From: Candidatus Borrarchaeum weybense
Lineage (GTDB): Archaea; Asgardarchaeota; Sifarchaeia; Borrarchaeales; Borrarchaeaceae
Assembly (NCBI GenBank): GCA_019057385.1
Contig: JAHQJS010000006.1
Span: 549,038 to 613,037, forward strand
Reading direction: 5' to 3'
Length of the DNA: 64,000 nt
Part shown: positions 8,681 to 17,149 of the stretch, one piece after another
Position numbering within the stretch: the stretch's first letter is position 1
Layout of the letters: every line of letters starts with the position of its first letter
The notes under the pieces: generated by a model
What the model was told of the DNA's origin: nothing
The model's input: only the letters and a program-made list of their open reading frames with translations
Databases searched by the model: none
Program-made: the position numbers and the translations under genes

Positions 8681-10060
8681 TCATTTTTTCACAATTATTA
8701 GGTCTCTTGGCTTAGTAACAGAACCCACGAAGAATATATTTTTTCGTATGAATTTCTTCTCTTCCTGAATTTCTCCTTTAATCCAATGACTGGCTAGCAT
8801 CTTGTTAATGACTCTTTTCAGCTGTTCTTCGCTGAAAACATTCGCCATTAATTCATTTAAATAGATCTGATGCTCTTGCTCTCTTGATAATTGCTTAAGA
8901 ATTTTTCTTATAATTTGTTCTTCGTCTGAATTCAAAGAGTACAAAAAATCTTCCAACAACTCTTTTTCGTTTACTACTTCCACGTTTATGCCTTCACGAG
9001 ATAACTGTTGAACAAGATTTCTGACAAAACTTGCGGATACGTTGTATTTCTTTGCTGTTTTAGAGAGCAGATATCGCCCCTTCTTTTTCAGCAGTTGTTC
9101 TTTGATTTTCGGCTTCGCGAAGTATTCCAATGTTCTCGCAATGAGACGCCTGGTTTCTTTTTGTGTGGTTTTACGTTTTAGTTTAGTCAATTTTGAAATG
9201 ATGTCCTTTTCCATATGAGGATAACTCTCGTAAATATCAATAACATACGCATACGCCAGTTCTCTTATTCTTTTTTCTTCGTCTTTAAAAAGCTCAAGAA
9301 TGAGAGGGGCAAATTCATCAACTTTTTCATTTTGCTTCTGAAGGATTATATTGATACAATTCATGGCAGAGAGTCTTACTTCAAAAAATTTCTCATTTAA
9401 TCCACTCTTTACCATGGGGAGGACGTCCTCTTTTAAAATATCTCTTGACCATAGTTGGCAAAATGCCCAAAGCCCTCCTTTTCTCATCCAAAAATCATCG
9501 GATTCCAATGCCTTTTTAAGTAACTTTTGCGCTTCATTTAAGTCCTCATCATTTTGCTGGAGATAATCAACAATTGCTCCAATTGTAAAGTATCGGGTCC
9601 AACTATCTTCGTTCTCCATTTGTTTGGCTAGAAGTTGAAAATCCGAGATACCCTCTTCGTCTTCTTGCATATATTGGGTTCTTAAAAGATCAAAAAACTT
9701 CTCCGCCGCTATATGAGGAAGATATGGGCTTTGAGATCCAATAGTTCCAAGCGCATAGAGAGCATTTTCTTGAACCTCTGCATATTTATCATTTAGGCTG
9801 GTTAAGAGCTTAGGAACCGCTATTTTAACCAGATTAGGCTCTTGTAAACCAATATCTCCCAGAACCCTTGCGATTGTAGCCCTTATGTAACTGTCATCAT
9901 CATTTAGAGTTTCTACGAGTTCTGGTATAACCTCCTTAATTTTAAGAGGATCCTCTTTTCCTATTTTTCCAATAGTCTGGGCAGAAATTCGTCGTTTTCC
10001 AACATCTTCATCAGAAAGTCCACTTAATAGTTCCTCAACATCACTTTTCAATTGATACAA
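8681..10060 (-). CDS. HEAT-repeat protein with C-terminal winged-helix-like domain(s)
   Basis: Repeated L.D....VR..A...LG units; C-terminal HWIKGEIQ wing-like motif. Confidence 0.8.
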   Translation of the reverse strand: MYQLKSDVEELLSGLSDEDVGKRRISAQTIGKIGKEDPLKIKEVIPELVETLNDDDSYIRATIARVLGDIGLQEPNLVKIAVPKLLTSLNDKYAEVQENALYALGTIGSQSPYLPHIAAEKFFDLLRTQYMQEDEEGISDFQLLAKQMENEDSWTRYFTIGAIVDYLQQNDEDLNEAQKLLKKALESDDFWMRKGGLWAFCQLWSRDILKEDVLPMVKSGLNEKFFEVRLSAMNCINIILQKQNEKVDEFAPLILELFKDEEKRIRELAYAYVIDIYESYPHMEKDIISKLTKLKRKTTQKETRRLIARTLEYFAKPKIKEQLLKKKGRYLLSKTAKKYNVSASFVRNLVQQLSREGINVEVVNEKELLEDFLYSLNSDEEQIIRKILKQLSREQEHQIYLNELMANVFSEEQLKRVINKMLASHWIKGEIQEEKKFIRKNIFFVGSVTKPRDLIIVKK

Positions 10061-10187
10061 CGTCCCTTGGCAAATTTTAAGTTTACATCACTCTACTTGA
10101 TAGGTAGATTTTCATTAGATCCTATGGTAAGTTAATTAGATTTACTTTTTTCTATTAAATTTAGTAAGTTATTCTTAAGGTGATAGG

Positions 10188-10432
10188 ATGAATATTTCAC
10201 GGGAGAAGATTCCGCAATTTCAGGAAAGGGAAGGTATTGCTCAAGACTTGAGCAAAGCATGGGAAAATCATTCAGATTTTTTGAAAAGATTCCCTTTTAG
10301 AAAAAATCCTGATTCCACCTAAGAATGACTAAAGAGAAACTTGGGAAGACAGGCTCTGAAGATTTTTTCTTTTATTGGCTGCAATACCCCCTAGGTTGGC
10401 TTGGGTTTTATACTGTTTGGGAAGCTCTGTGA
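10188..10432 (+). pseudogene. Frameshifted fragment resembling the N-terminal region of McrB-like/restriction proteins
   Basis: RBS AGGTGA plus ATG. Reads ...DFLKRFPFRKNPDST*, then in a shifted frame MTKEKLGKTGSEDFFFYWLQYPLGWLG. The F..RFP / FYWL..LG pattern is recognised from memory. Confidence 0.4.
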
Positions 10433-10475
10433 AAGATAATAGCGGGAAAAAGATTTTAGCGAAGATAAAGAAGAG

Positions 10476-11972
10476 TTAAATAACCTTTCTTAACCAATTG
10501 GTGAGATTGAAGAAATCTACGGCGTGCACATTCTTGTATTTTCTCACTAATGGGGTATATTTTGTCACGACACATGCAAATACTTTATATGTTTCTCTTT
10601 CACCGCTTATTGTGAGTTCTTCCTTAAATTTTTCAAAGTTATTTTTGAAAAATTCAACACGTTCTCGTTGTTTCAACATTTGATCTAGAAGTCTCTTTTT
10701 TTGCAGCAATTCCTGTTCTATGAGTGTCCATCCAGATATCGAAGATGGTGAAATGTCCCAATATTTTGCTTCCGCTAATACAATAGTCTTTTCGGTTTCT
10801 TTTATGGCAATTGCATCATACTCAGGACTATCTCTCGAAATTTTAACTGGTTTATCGGGAACGCTGTATCCATTTTCCGATAATAACTCTCTTACACGTT
10901 GCTCAAAGACCTTGGCGGCTTGTTGCTTTTTTTGTGCTATTGACTGTGAGGGATCATTCACATTTTCATCGTTTAAACCAAGAAGATGAAACAAAAGAAA
11001 TAGTATTGTACTAGGGTCGCAAAGGATTTGGTCTCCTTCTATTAGAACCAAAATTGGTGCCCTCGCTTTTGAAACCATATATTCGCGTAAAAAGGCATCT
11101 ATATCTAATCCATATTTTTCATAATTGAGTAAGTAACTTTTTATTCCATTTACCGTCCATTTACTCCTATTGGAAAAAAATAATCCAAGTAGCGCCGCTA
11201 TGTCTGCACTTGAAACATCATATTTAACTTGCTGTGCTGTGCGGTAATATAGACACAAAGCATATTTCGTGCGTATAATGTGTTCAAAAAATTGAACGAA
11301 GTATTTTTCAAGTTCCATGCCTTGTTCCAATTGAATATCCTCTCTTACTTGTTGATCTATTTCTGAATATCTAAATACGTCCTCAGTTATTCCAATAGAA
11401 CTACTAATAAGCCCCCAATTTCTAAGCATTAAAAATAAAGCATCCAAATACTTTATTTGAAAAACCTCATTGTCTGAGACCCTGATTAAACGACGTCTGT
11501 TTTCAAGGTCATCGATAAAATTTAATCTAGTCACATAATAGCTATATTCTTGTAATAAAGACTCAAAGTCTGGATTGGTATTGGAACGACCAATCGATGG
11601 AGAAATTGAATTGAGATCTATAAACATTTGATTTGTTGTGAAGAACTCATTTAGTATCATTCCTTTTCCTGCAAAAAATCCATCTATGAGTTTTTTACGA
11701 TAGGAAAAAATAAGAGTTTTCAGTATAGTCTCATTAAATTCTTTCATTTTGGCTAACAGGCTATTTTTCAGTTCATCGATTTCATTTTTTAACTTTTGTG
11801 CTCCTTTAACATTATAAAATTCAATTCCAACAGGAAAAAGGATGCATTTCGGATTTACACAAATTTCTTCTTTTGTGTTGAGTCCTAAATACAGTAAATG
11901 TTTACATTCTGTACATAGATAATCCGATATGGTCTCCATGATTTTATGCCATGGGTAAAACTCACTCACCAT
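10476..11972 (-). CDS. Protein with an N-terminal Zn finger and a C-terminal PD-(D/E)XK nuclease domain
   Basis: CTEC...CVNPKC at the N-terminus; FEQRV...EYDAIAI.....IVLAEAK at the C-terminus. Confidence 0.75.
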   Translation of the reverse strand: MVSEFYPWHKIMETISDYLCTECKHLLYLGLNTKEEICVNPKCILFPVGIEFYNVKGAQKLKNEIDELKNSLLAKMKEFNETILKTLIFSYRKKLIDGFFAGKGMILNEFFTTNQMFIDLNSISPSIGRSNTNPDFESLLQEYSYYVTRLNFIDDLENRRRLIRVSDNEVFQIKYLDALFLMLRNWGLISSSIGITEDVFRYSEIDQQVREDIQLEQGMELEKYFVQFFEHIIRTKYALCLYYRTAQQVKYDVSSADIAALLGLFFSNRSKWTVNGIKSYLLNYEKYGLDIDAFLREYMVSKARAPILVLIEGDQILCDPSTILFLLFHLLGLNDENVNDPSQSIAQKKQQAAKVFEQRVRELLSENGYSVPDKPVKISRDSPEYDAIAIKETEKTIVLAEAKYWDISPSSISGWTLIEQELLQKKRLLDQMLKQRERVEFFKNNFEKFKEELTISGERETYKVFACVVTKYTPLVRKYKNVHAVDFFNLTNWLRKVI

Positions 11973-12397
11973 ATTTCAACATCCAAATTAAAAATGATAA
12001 TCTAGATTTCCATTAGTATATTCGTAATTGACTAGTAATATCGGTTTTTTTGTTTTCATTTTTTACTTGAAAGATTGAGTTTCATGTATAGACGATTGAT
12101 AACACTATAGAACAAAGATTTGTCGATTAATCTCGCTGCCTTTAAAGATCTTTATGAAACTATTTTTTTCTTGTTTCTTCTTCTGTATCTGACCATATCT
12201 TCCTAAAACATTCAAACGGATGGATAAAGGTTTTATGCACTTTTTTGTCATAGTTATCATTAGATTGAGGAGCAATAAAAGTAAAACAGCATTCCAGAAA
12301 AACGAGGATCAAAACAATGAGTAATCACCTAATGAACGTAAGCAAAAACTTGAACAATGAAAAACGGAAGAAATCCGGATAATTTTGTAAAATAATG

Positions 12398-13105
12398 CTA
12401 GATCTTTACAATATTCATCTCTCTTTTTCTATATATTTTCTTTTTCTCATATCTAAAAAACATTCCATATATAATAGAGCTTGCCACCAAAATAACAACT
12501 ATGATGATAATCATCCATAGAAGTGAAACGTAATCTGAGATCCACAACCAGTAAAGACTAAGAAACACCAAGATCAAACCCCAGAAGCGTCGTCTAAACC
12601 AAATCAAAAACCGTATTTTATGGCGTTCGATGTATGATTTTAAGAAGGTATGAATGCCGAACGTACTATCTCTTTGATAACTACTCATTTTGGTAATCCT
12701 TTTTTCAATACCTCGAACACGGGCATAAGCTATATCATCAAGACGCTTTGTTGTATAATGCACACCGAATAACCATATGGAATAAAGAAATATCGAGGCC
12801 AAAGCATCAACTAAATGAGTCTTATTCCCATTGCTTTTGATTAAAATTTCACTGAAAGTTTCACTAACAATAAGAAAGGCGGCAGCTACTAATATCGTTC
12901 CTACTACAAGCGTGATATTCTCCCTGCGCTCTATTTCATTATTTGTGCATTCATAATCTTTCAATAATACATCGATTTCGATATTCTGATTTTCATTAAA
13001 ATGATACTCGAATAAACTTGGTTTTCCAAACTCAAGTATCACGATATAGATCATTGAAAGAACAAATCCAATTACTGAAATCACAAATGTCCCCAAATCA
13101 GACAC
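12398..13105 (-). CDS. Hypothetical multi-pass membrane protein
   Basis: About five hydrophobic segments; GTG start after GGGGGA. Confidence 0.7.
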   Translation of the reverse strand: MSDLGTFVISVIGFVLSMIYIVILEFGKPSLFEYHFNENQNIEIDVLLKDYECTNNEIERRENITLVVGTILVAAAFLIVSETFSEILIKSNGNKTHLVDALASIFLYSIWLFGVHYTTKRLDDIAYARVRGIEKRITKMSSYQRDSTFGIHTFLKSYIERHKIRFLIWFRRRFWGLILVFLSLYWLWISDYVSLLWMIIIIVVILVASSIIYGMFFRYEKKKIYRKREMNIVKI

Positions 13106-13182
13106 AGAATATCCCCCAGCCTATTAATGGCATTTGTCTAAAATAAGTCTGCTTGTAATAAAAAAAACTTAGTATCTTTTAA

Positions 13183-13329
13183 TTAGAGTGCGTTTTCTTT
13201 TAACCATAGCCGGATAGCTTCTTCAACGGCTTTACTTAAATAACCTCTTCTAAGACCGAATTTTTTCACTCCTTTTTCACGTAATTGTTGTTCAAGGTCA
13301 TCTGGTATGGACACGCTAATACTTCCCAT
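13183..13329 (-). CDS. Ribbon-helix-helix (CopG-like) DNA-binding protein
   Basis: MGSISVSIPDDLEQQLR...GYLSKAVEEAIRLWL. ATG 13329 follows an AAGGTGAT RBS. Confidence 0.85.
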   Translation of the reverse strand: MGSISVSIPDDLEQQLREKGVKKFGLRRGYLSKAVEEAIRLWLKENAL

Positions 13330-13516
13330 GCTATCACCTTGTGGACCTTTTACAGGTAGCCTTTTCATGTTTCACATATACTTTATACTATAAAACAAAC
13401 ATTCTTTTCCTTTAAAAGTATTATTATTCCACACAAAATATATAAGATAAAAGATATATGTTATAATAGATTTCTGGCAAACTAAGAGATGCTAGAAAAA
13501 TCGCGAGGTTGTAAAC

Positions 13517-14350
13517 ATGAAACAAACAAAAAAACAGATCGTGATTCGTGCCTATACACCCATAGCTAAACCTCTCAATGCGTCTATTCAAAAAAATGCA
13601 ACTATGCTTCTCCTCGGCGAAATTCCCTATGAGAATGGGTCAAAAGTATTCAATACTAAACTTTATTACATCAAAGGTGTACGTGGGATGCTGAGACATG
13701 CTTGTATGAAGTTAGCTCAGGCTTGCGGTATTGAAGTGTGTCATAGCAGTGAAAAAACGGAACTCAAAGACGGAACTAAACTTATTTCTTCGGGTTTTCA
13801 TCCGCTTGGTGCATGCAATCCTCCGTGTATTCTCAGGCGCCTTTTTGGTACCTTCCGCGAAGAGTCCTCGATTTCTGTCTTGGTTGATCCTATCGCCTCT
13901 ATCAGGCATAAAGAATATACTACTGAGGTAGTTGTTCAAAAAGTTCATATCTCCAGCGAGAATAGGATTGCCCTTGCCTATGATCGAACTCCCATTCAAG
14001 ATTTTCGTGAAAGCTATTTCAGTGGTTATTTTAGCTTCTGTATTGACGTAACCACTTTAACTGATGATGAAATCAAGTTTCTCATGGAATCACTGCTCTA
14101 CATTGAGATACTTGGTGGTGGCAAAAACGCGGGTTATGGGCGTGTCAAAATTCTGGATTTCGAAGTCCAGAAGATTGGTATCGTAAGAAACATCGAGAGA
14201 GATAATGGCGCCTACAAAATTAGTGAAAAAACTGAAGTGCAACCAATACTGCTTGAAAACATCGAGGAGTGGAGGACTGCATATATGGGAGAAAATTTGG
14301 CAGCGGTCGAACAAGAACAAATCTCTGCCCTAGTTAGTGATAAAAAATGA
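13517..14350 (+). CDS. Cas7-group (Csm3-like) RAMP protein
   Basis: Strand + TP, KGVRGMLRH helix, C..H..C..C Zn site before LFG, ENRIAL, and the G-rich loop LGGGKNAGYGRV. Confidence 0.85.
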   Translation: MKQTKKQIVIRAYTPIAKPLNASIQKNATMLLLGEIPYENGSKVFNTKLYYIKGVRGMLRHACMKLAQACGIEVCHSSEKTELKDGTKLISSGFHPLGACNPPCILRRLFGTFREESSISVLVDPIASIRHKEYTTEVVVQKVHISSENRIALAYDRTPIQDFRESYFSGYFSFCIDVTTLTDDEIKFLMESLLYIEILGGGKNAGYGRVKILDFEVQKIGIVRNIERDNGAYKISEKTEVQPILLENIEEWRTAYMGENLAAVEQEQISALVSDKK

Positions 14351-15150
14351 CAAAAAACTGGATAAAATTATCGGGTATAACTAAAACACCTGTTGTAAGC
14401 AAGAGAAAACGTTTTTTTCATAAATACGGTGTAATTACTATTAATGGTCGTCCTAGAGCATTTGGTAAACTTACAAAAGGAGAGAAACGCGCTCCTATGA
14501 CATTTAGAGCTAGATATGGAACAGTAGAGTTCGTTGTTCCACAGTCTAAACTTGAGCAAGCATTCACTGTTGATACCATCGGGAGATATACCCATGAAGG
14601 AATGGGGCAAATTGTCTGGAGAAGTGTGAAGCACCTCCAAAAAAAGCCCCTCTACGCTCCAAGAAAAATTAAGATTCGTAAAATGCTTCCCAAACTCTCA
14701 GATGCACAGAAAAATCTACTAAAAGCCTTTCTTTTACATGATTTCGTGCATACCGAAAAGCATCGAAGTAAAATCTACAATGAGATTGACATAATTGATG
14801 AAGAAGTTTACAAATTAGCAAAAAATCATCATAATTACAATTTTGACGAAAGAGAATTGCCTCTCCTCTCTACCCTTCACTATTATGATCGCCTTTCCGC
14901 GATGATTTCTCGAAAATTCAGATGGTCTGCCTCCTCGCGTTATCGTGTGAATGTTCAAAAGGAAATAGATTTCGATATGCTAAAAAGAGAGATAGAATCA
15001 CGCCAATATTCTCTTTGTGCCCTTTATGGTTATGTGTACAAATCTTGTGTACTTAACAAAATCAATGAGGCGCTAAAATTTGGTTTCTCTTCTTTGAAAA
15101 ACCATCTCTTATTAATGGTTAATCTCTATATTGATGACTTTCATAGGTGA
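14347..15150 (+). CDS. Miniature (Cas5-like) RAMP fused to a Cas10-type permuted HD nuclease
   Basis: The first ~92 aa carry KTP and the G-loop IGRYTHEGMGQI. Then LLHDFVH...NHH...YDRLSA and a late SLKNH. The start overlaps the cas7-like stop (ATGA). Confidence 0.7.
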   Translation: MTKNWIKLSGITKTPVVSKRKRFFHKYGVITINGRPRAFGKLTKGEKRAPMTFRARYGTVEFVVPQSKLEQAFTVDTIGRYTHEGMGQIVWRSVKHLQKKPLYAPRKIKIRKMLPKLSDAQKNLLKAFLLHDFVHTEKHRSKIYNEIDIIDEEVYKLAKNHHNYNFDERELPLLSTLHYYDRLSAMISRKFRWSASSRYRVNVQKEIDFDMLKREIESRQYSLCALYGYVYKSCVLNKINEALKFGFSSLKNHLLLMVNLYIDDFHR

Positions 15151-15164
15151 GCCCATATGCTTCA

Positions 15165-15320
15165 AATCATGATATTGGTATTCCTCTTTGCAGGCAAATA
15201 CACTGGATACAAGGCGGAATGTTCTTCGCACCACGCGGAGAACACGTTCTTGTGCATGAGACTGAACCCGAGAGGTCCCACGCCTCAGATGAAGGGAATG
15301 AATGACAGGCAGAGGACGAG
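15165..15320 (+). ncRNA. Candidate structured RNA downstream of the RAMP-HD operon
   Basis: About 53% GC over 15181-15320 (my count) in an AT-rich genome. Long hairpin 15208-15253 with G-U pairs, a second hairpin 15257-15287, and a possible closing stem TATTCCT/GGGAATG. Confidence 0.5.
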
Positions 15321-16292
15321 AAAAGTGATAAGCCTTAGTAACTTGTTTATTATCTTATCTGCTGTTCGTGTGTCTTCTGGATTTTCTTCAACGACATCTT
15401 GGTTCAACTCAAATGATGGCAAATTTGCAAGTACAGCTACGATACTTATTATACTTTGTTTTGCGACCCAAAGATTAGATCCTCCACTTAATAAGACTAC
15501 GAGGTTATCATCACAGCTATCTTTAGCTGCTTGTGTGATTATTTTAGCCATTTCAGGAAATGCAGAGGTCGTCAAGTTGAAACCGCCATAATCCGCGTGA
15601 TGGGAGTCATGCCCAAAATTCCACAAAATCATTTCAGGCCCGAATTTTTCGGCAAGGAATGGAGTTAGTTCTTGTAAAACTCTCAGAAAGCCTTTATCAG
15701 AGATATTTGAGGGCAGAGGGATGTCAAATTTATTGGATTTTATTAAATCGTCACTAAATGAATAGCCATCGGAAAAAAAGTTTAGATGTACCACATTTTC
15801 GTCACTCTCAAAAATATTCCGTGTGCCATCTCCTGGATGGGGATCTGTGTCGATTATCATGAATCGTTTGACATTGTAAGTGTTTCTAAGATGTTGAATA
15901 AGTAACGCAGAATTGTTAATGTAGCAAAAACCCCAATATGAATTACGACTTGCATGATGCCCAGCAGTTCCAGTAAAAACAAAGGAATTTTTTACTTTCT
16001 TCGTCCAGACCATTTCTCCTGCCAGTAAAGCTCCTCCCGCTGACAGCCGTGCGGCCTCATAACATTCATCTTCTTTGACTCTTGCAAGATGTTGCGTAGT
16101 ATGTATTTGAAGAATTAATTCTTCTTTTACTCTCTCAGGTGTTTGAATAACTACTCTGTTGTCTCGGTCGTTTTCTTTTAGAAAATCCATTAAAGAATTG
16201 TATGCGGGTGCTAATCTTTCTCGTAAAAAGAGATTTCCATGCGTTGCAAACTTCGGGTGATAAATCAAGCACGTCTGGGGCATTTTAATCAA
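15285..16292 (-). CDS. Histone deacetylase / AcuC-family protein (likely start ATG 16283)
   Basis: GHHA....WGFCYINN, IDTDPHPGDGT, FGHDSH..D, SGGS. Confidence 0.92.
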   Translation of the reverse strand: MIKMPQTCLIYHPKFATHGNLFLRERLAPAYNSLMDFLKENDRDNRVVIQTPERVKEELILQIHTTQHLARVKEDECYEAARLSAGGALLAGEMVWTKKVKNSFVFTGTAGHHASRNSYWGFCYINNSALLIQHLRNTYNVKRFMIIDTDPHPGDGTRNIFESDENVVHLNFFSDGYSFSDDLIKSNKFDIPLPSNISDKGFLRVLQELTPFLAEKFGPEMILWNFGHDSHHADYGGFNLTTSAFPEMAKIITQAAKDSCDDNLVVLLSGGSNLWVAKQSIISIVAVLANLPSFELNQDVVEENPEDTRTADKIINKLLRLITFLVLCLSFIPFI

Positions 16293-16349
16293 AATGGTAT
16301 GTAAGGCAACTCCTTCCTAAAAAATCTAACTGCTAGGAGAGGGTGACCT

Positions 16350-17036
16350 CTAATCTTCGATTAGCCTTTTTGTCATCAACATCTTTTCTAAAAGTTTGAT
16401 ATCTAGTTGTCTCGGAATTACTTTATTTTTTATAGCATACACCATCACACTATCATCAATTTCTTGCGCAACCAATACTCCGTAAACTTCATCGACTAAA
16501 ATGTAACTAGAACTCAAATCTACTCGACCTCTTTCTTTTATACTCTTCACATAATCCAGTATTTGATCCACGTCCTCTTTTTTAGGTTTTGTTTTCTTAA
16601 GTTCGATAACAGCCAGTTTGTTCATGGGATCTTGGGCTAAGATATCAATCCTCTTACCTTCTGATAGAGTGACTTGTCGACCCAGCACTCGATAATTCTC
16701 ATAAATAATCCCTGTCAATAAGGTTGGGTATTCTGCTAGAACTTTCTCTATATCTAATTCTGTGAAACCTTCAGTCTTGATATTGAAAGGTTCAAGATTT
16801 ATCTTATAAATTCCTTTCAACTGTTTTGCTCTTTTTATATATTCCCTTGCATGCTCATAACATTCATCGTAGAGTTTACTGTCCACTCCCATTTCCATTA
16901 TTTGAGTCAATGTTTCTGCAGCCTGCAAATAAAGTCTAATAGCTGTTTTTTTGTCGCTTTTTTTGTCGACCTCGATTGCTTTTTCTGCTGTTGATTTTGC
17001 TGTCTTTAACAGCTTTGAGATTTGGTTTTGAGACAT
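16350..17036 (-). CDS. MIT domain fused to a NucS/EndoMS-like PD-(D/E)XK endonuclease domain
   Basis: A...AEKAIEVD......AIRLY..AAE.L...YIKRAKQLK (MIT); E.DIE...GRQ....GKRIDILAQD....AVIELK...QILDY (NucS C-terminal type). Confidence 0.8.
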   Translation of the reverse strand: MSQNQISKLLKTAKSTAEKAIEVDKKSDKKTAIRLYLQAAETLTQIMEMGVDSKLYDECYEHAREYIKRAKQLKGIYKINLEPFNIKTEGFTELDIEKVLAEYPTLLTGIIYENYRVLGRQVTLSEGKRIDILAQDPMNKLAVIELKKTKPKKEDVDQILDYVKSIKERGRVDLSSSYILVDEVYGVLVAQEIDDSVMVYAIKNKVIPRQLDIKLLEKMLMTKRLIED

Positions 17037-17149
17037 TTCAATCAGTTACTTTCTAGTAGGAAAGAAGGTGATCTTTATATTTTTTGGAAGTTAATTTGTA
17101 AGAACAGGAAAAGAAGTTTTTTCAAATAGCTATTCTAGGTTGGATTCTT

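Noticed and set aside
15286-15296. 11-nt match CAGATGAAGGG with 26737-26747 as a guide-target pair
   Set aside because: Matches of this length are expected by chance in 64 kb.
15157-15591. 144-aa plus-strand ORF as a third gene of the RAMP operon
   Set aside because: Most of it is antisense to the HDAC gene, it has no RBS or recognisable motif, and its 5' part is better explained as structured RNA. Not fully excluded.
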